58,197 bases of DNA from assembly GCA_041665545.1 (NCBI GenBank), contig JBAYIQ010000005.1:1-58197 (forward strand). The letters are read 5' to 3'. The notes beneath the pieces are model-generated. The model was not told the DNA's origin, searched no databases, and saw nothing but the letters and a program-made list of their open reading frames with translations. Of the stretch, positions 57,742 through 58,197 are shown in pieces. The position numbers were made by a program, and so were the translations under genes. Position 1 is the first letter of the stretch. Each line of letters opens with the position of its first letter. Origin of the DNA: Patescibacteria group bacterium (GTDB taxonomy: Bacteria > Patescibacteriota > Patescibacteriia > UBA1558 > GWA2-36-10).

Positions 57742-57987
57742 ATGCGCGCCATCTACCACAAGAATCGTCTGATCAACGAACTCCATCGTCTCTTCTACGC
57801 CACCTGCGTCTGGGTCATGGACCTGCCCGACAATGTCCCCAAATTCCTGAGATACTCAAAGATGGAGCTCAAGGAGAGAGCTTCGAACACGTTTCACATT
57901 CTGCTCTTTTTCGGCGCCTATGCTCTGCTCGGCTTGATCGACCTCTTCCGTGGCCTGCGATACCGCCTTCGAGACAAGGTGCTGTGA
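57742..57987 (+). CDS. Small hypothetical protein (81 aa) in GC-rich islet D
   Basis: GGGAGG lies 6 nt before ATG. GC-rich. A C-terminal hydrophobic helix. Followed by a GC-rich terminator. Confidence 0.45.
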   Translation: MRAIYHKNRLINELHRLFYATCVWVMDLPDNVPKFLRYSKMELKERASNTFHILLFFGAYALLGLIDLFRGLRYRLRDKVL

Positions 57988-58039
57988 TGCTCTTTCGACT
58001 TCGTGCCCTAGCTACCGATTACACACGGCGGCTGGGGCT

Positions 58040-58075
58040 TTTTTTTCGACCCGCCGGGTGACCCGCCGGGTCGTC
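58040..58075 (+). terminator. GC-rich hairpin/direct-repeat terminator (cgacccgccgggt x2) after a T-run
   Basis: ggggcttttttttcgacccgccgggtgacccgccgggtcg. Shares the core cgacccgc with the hairpin at 641..683. Confidence 0.4.
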
Positions 58076-58197
58076 GCAAAAGAATCAAGAGCTTGGAATC
58101 AGCTGGACAGGTACTAGGTAGTTAATACCCATGTGCGTACGCTCATTGTTGTAATAACTTAAATACTTAATTAAAGCTTCTTGTAAGCTAACAAGAT

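Overview
58.2-kb low-GC window (flanks look mid-30s % GC by eye; not computed). Almost all genes are on the minus strand and almost none has a recognisable Shine-Dalgarno motif. Gene content suggests a small-genome, Patescibacteria/CPR-like bacterium; this is inference from the sequence only. Housekeeping backbone: dprA, topA, rel, parB/parA, an M23 peptidase, xth, rpoD, dnaG, mscL, cca, ppsA, groES/groEL with a perfect CIRCE operator. This backbone is interrupted by several accessory features. (1) A tRNA hotspot at 12.4-14.8 kb holds seven tRNAs. Two small GIY-YIG nuclease genes sit next to them, and four tRNA genes (three here plus tRNA-Ser at 47.8 kb) are preceded by a partial duplicate of their own 5' end followed by a GC-rich insert. 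A ~92-bp inverted-repeat-bounded element follows the CCA end of three tRNAs. A tRNA (most consistent with Asn-GUU) is split by a ~586-nt group I (IC3-like) intron that carries an HNH endonuclease gene. (2) A ~110-bp element family (E1-E4) has 15-17-bp terminal inverted repeats (ATCCCGTTAGAAATT) with one arm abutting the ATG of xth, dnaG, a cytochrome-b5-like gene and mscL. (3) Four GC-rich islets have genes that, unlike the native ones, carry strong AGGAGG ribosome-binding sites. The largest is a 3.4-kb island at 21.9-25.3 kb that encodes an NfeD-like protein and a flotillin/SPFH protein plus a divergent membrane-anchored protein. (4) A 4143-aa membrane-anchored giant surface protein with beta-helix, LamG-like, ~133-aa tandem repeats and a C-terminal SH3b-like domain. 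It is co-oriented with a class-A beta-lactamase-like hydrolase, two PrsW-like membrane proteases and several membrane proteins. (5) A redox cluster: thioredoxin-CcdA fusion, secreted cytochrome-b5-like protein and a NOX/ferric-reductase-like flavocytochrome. No CRISPR array, integrase or phage structural genes were seen.
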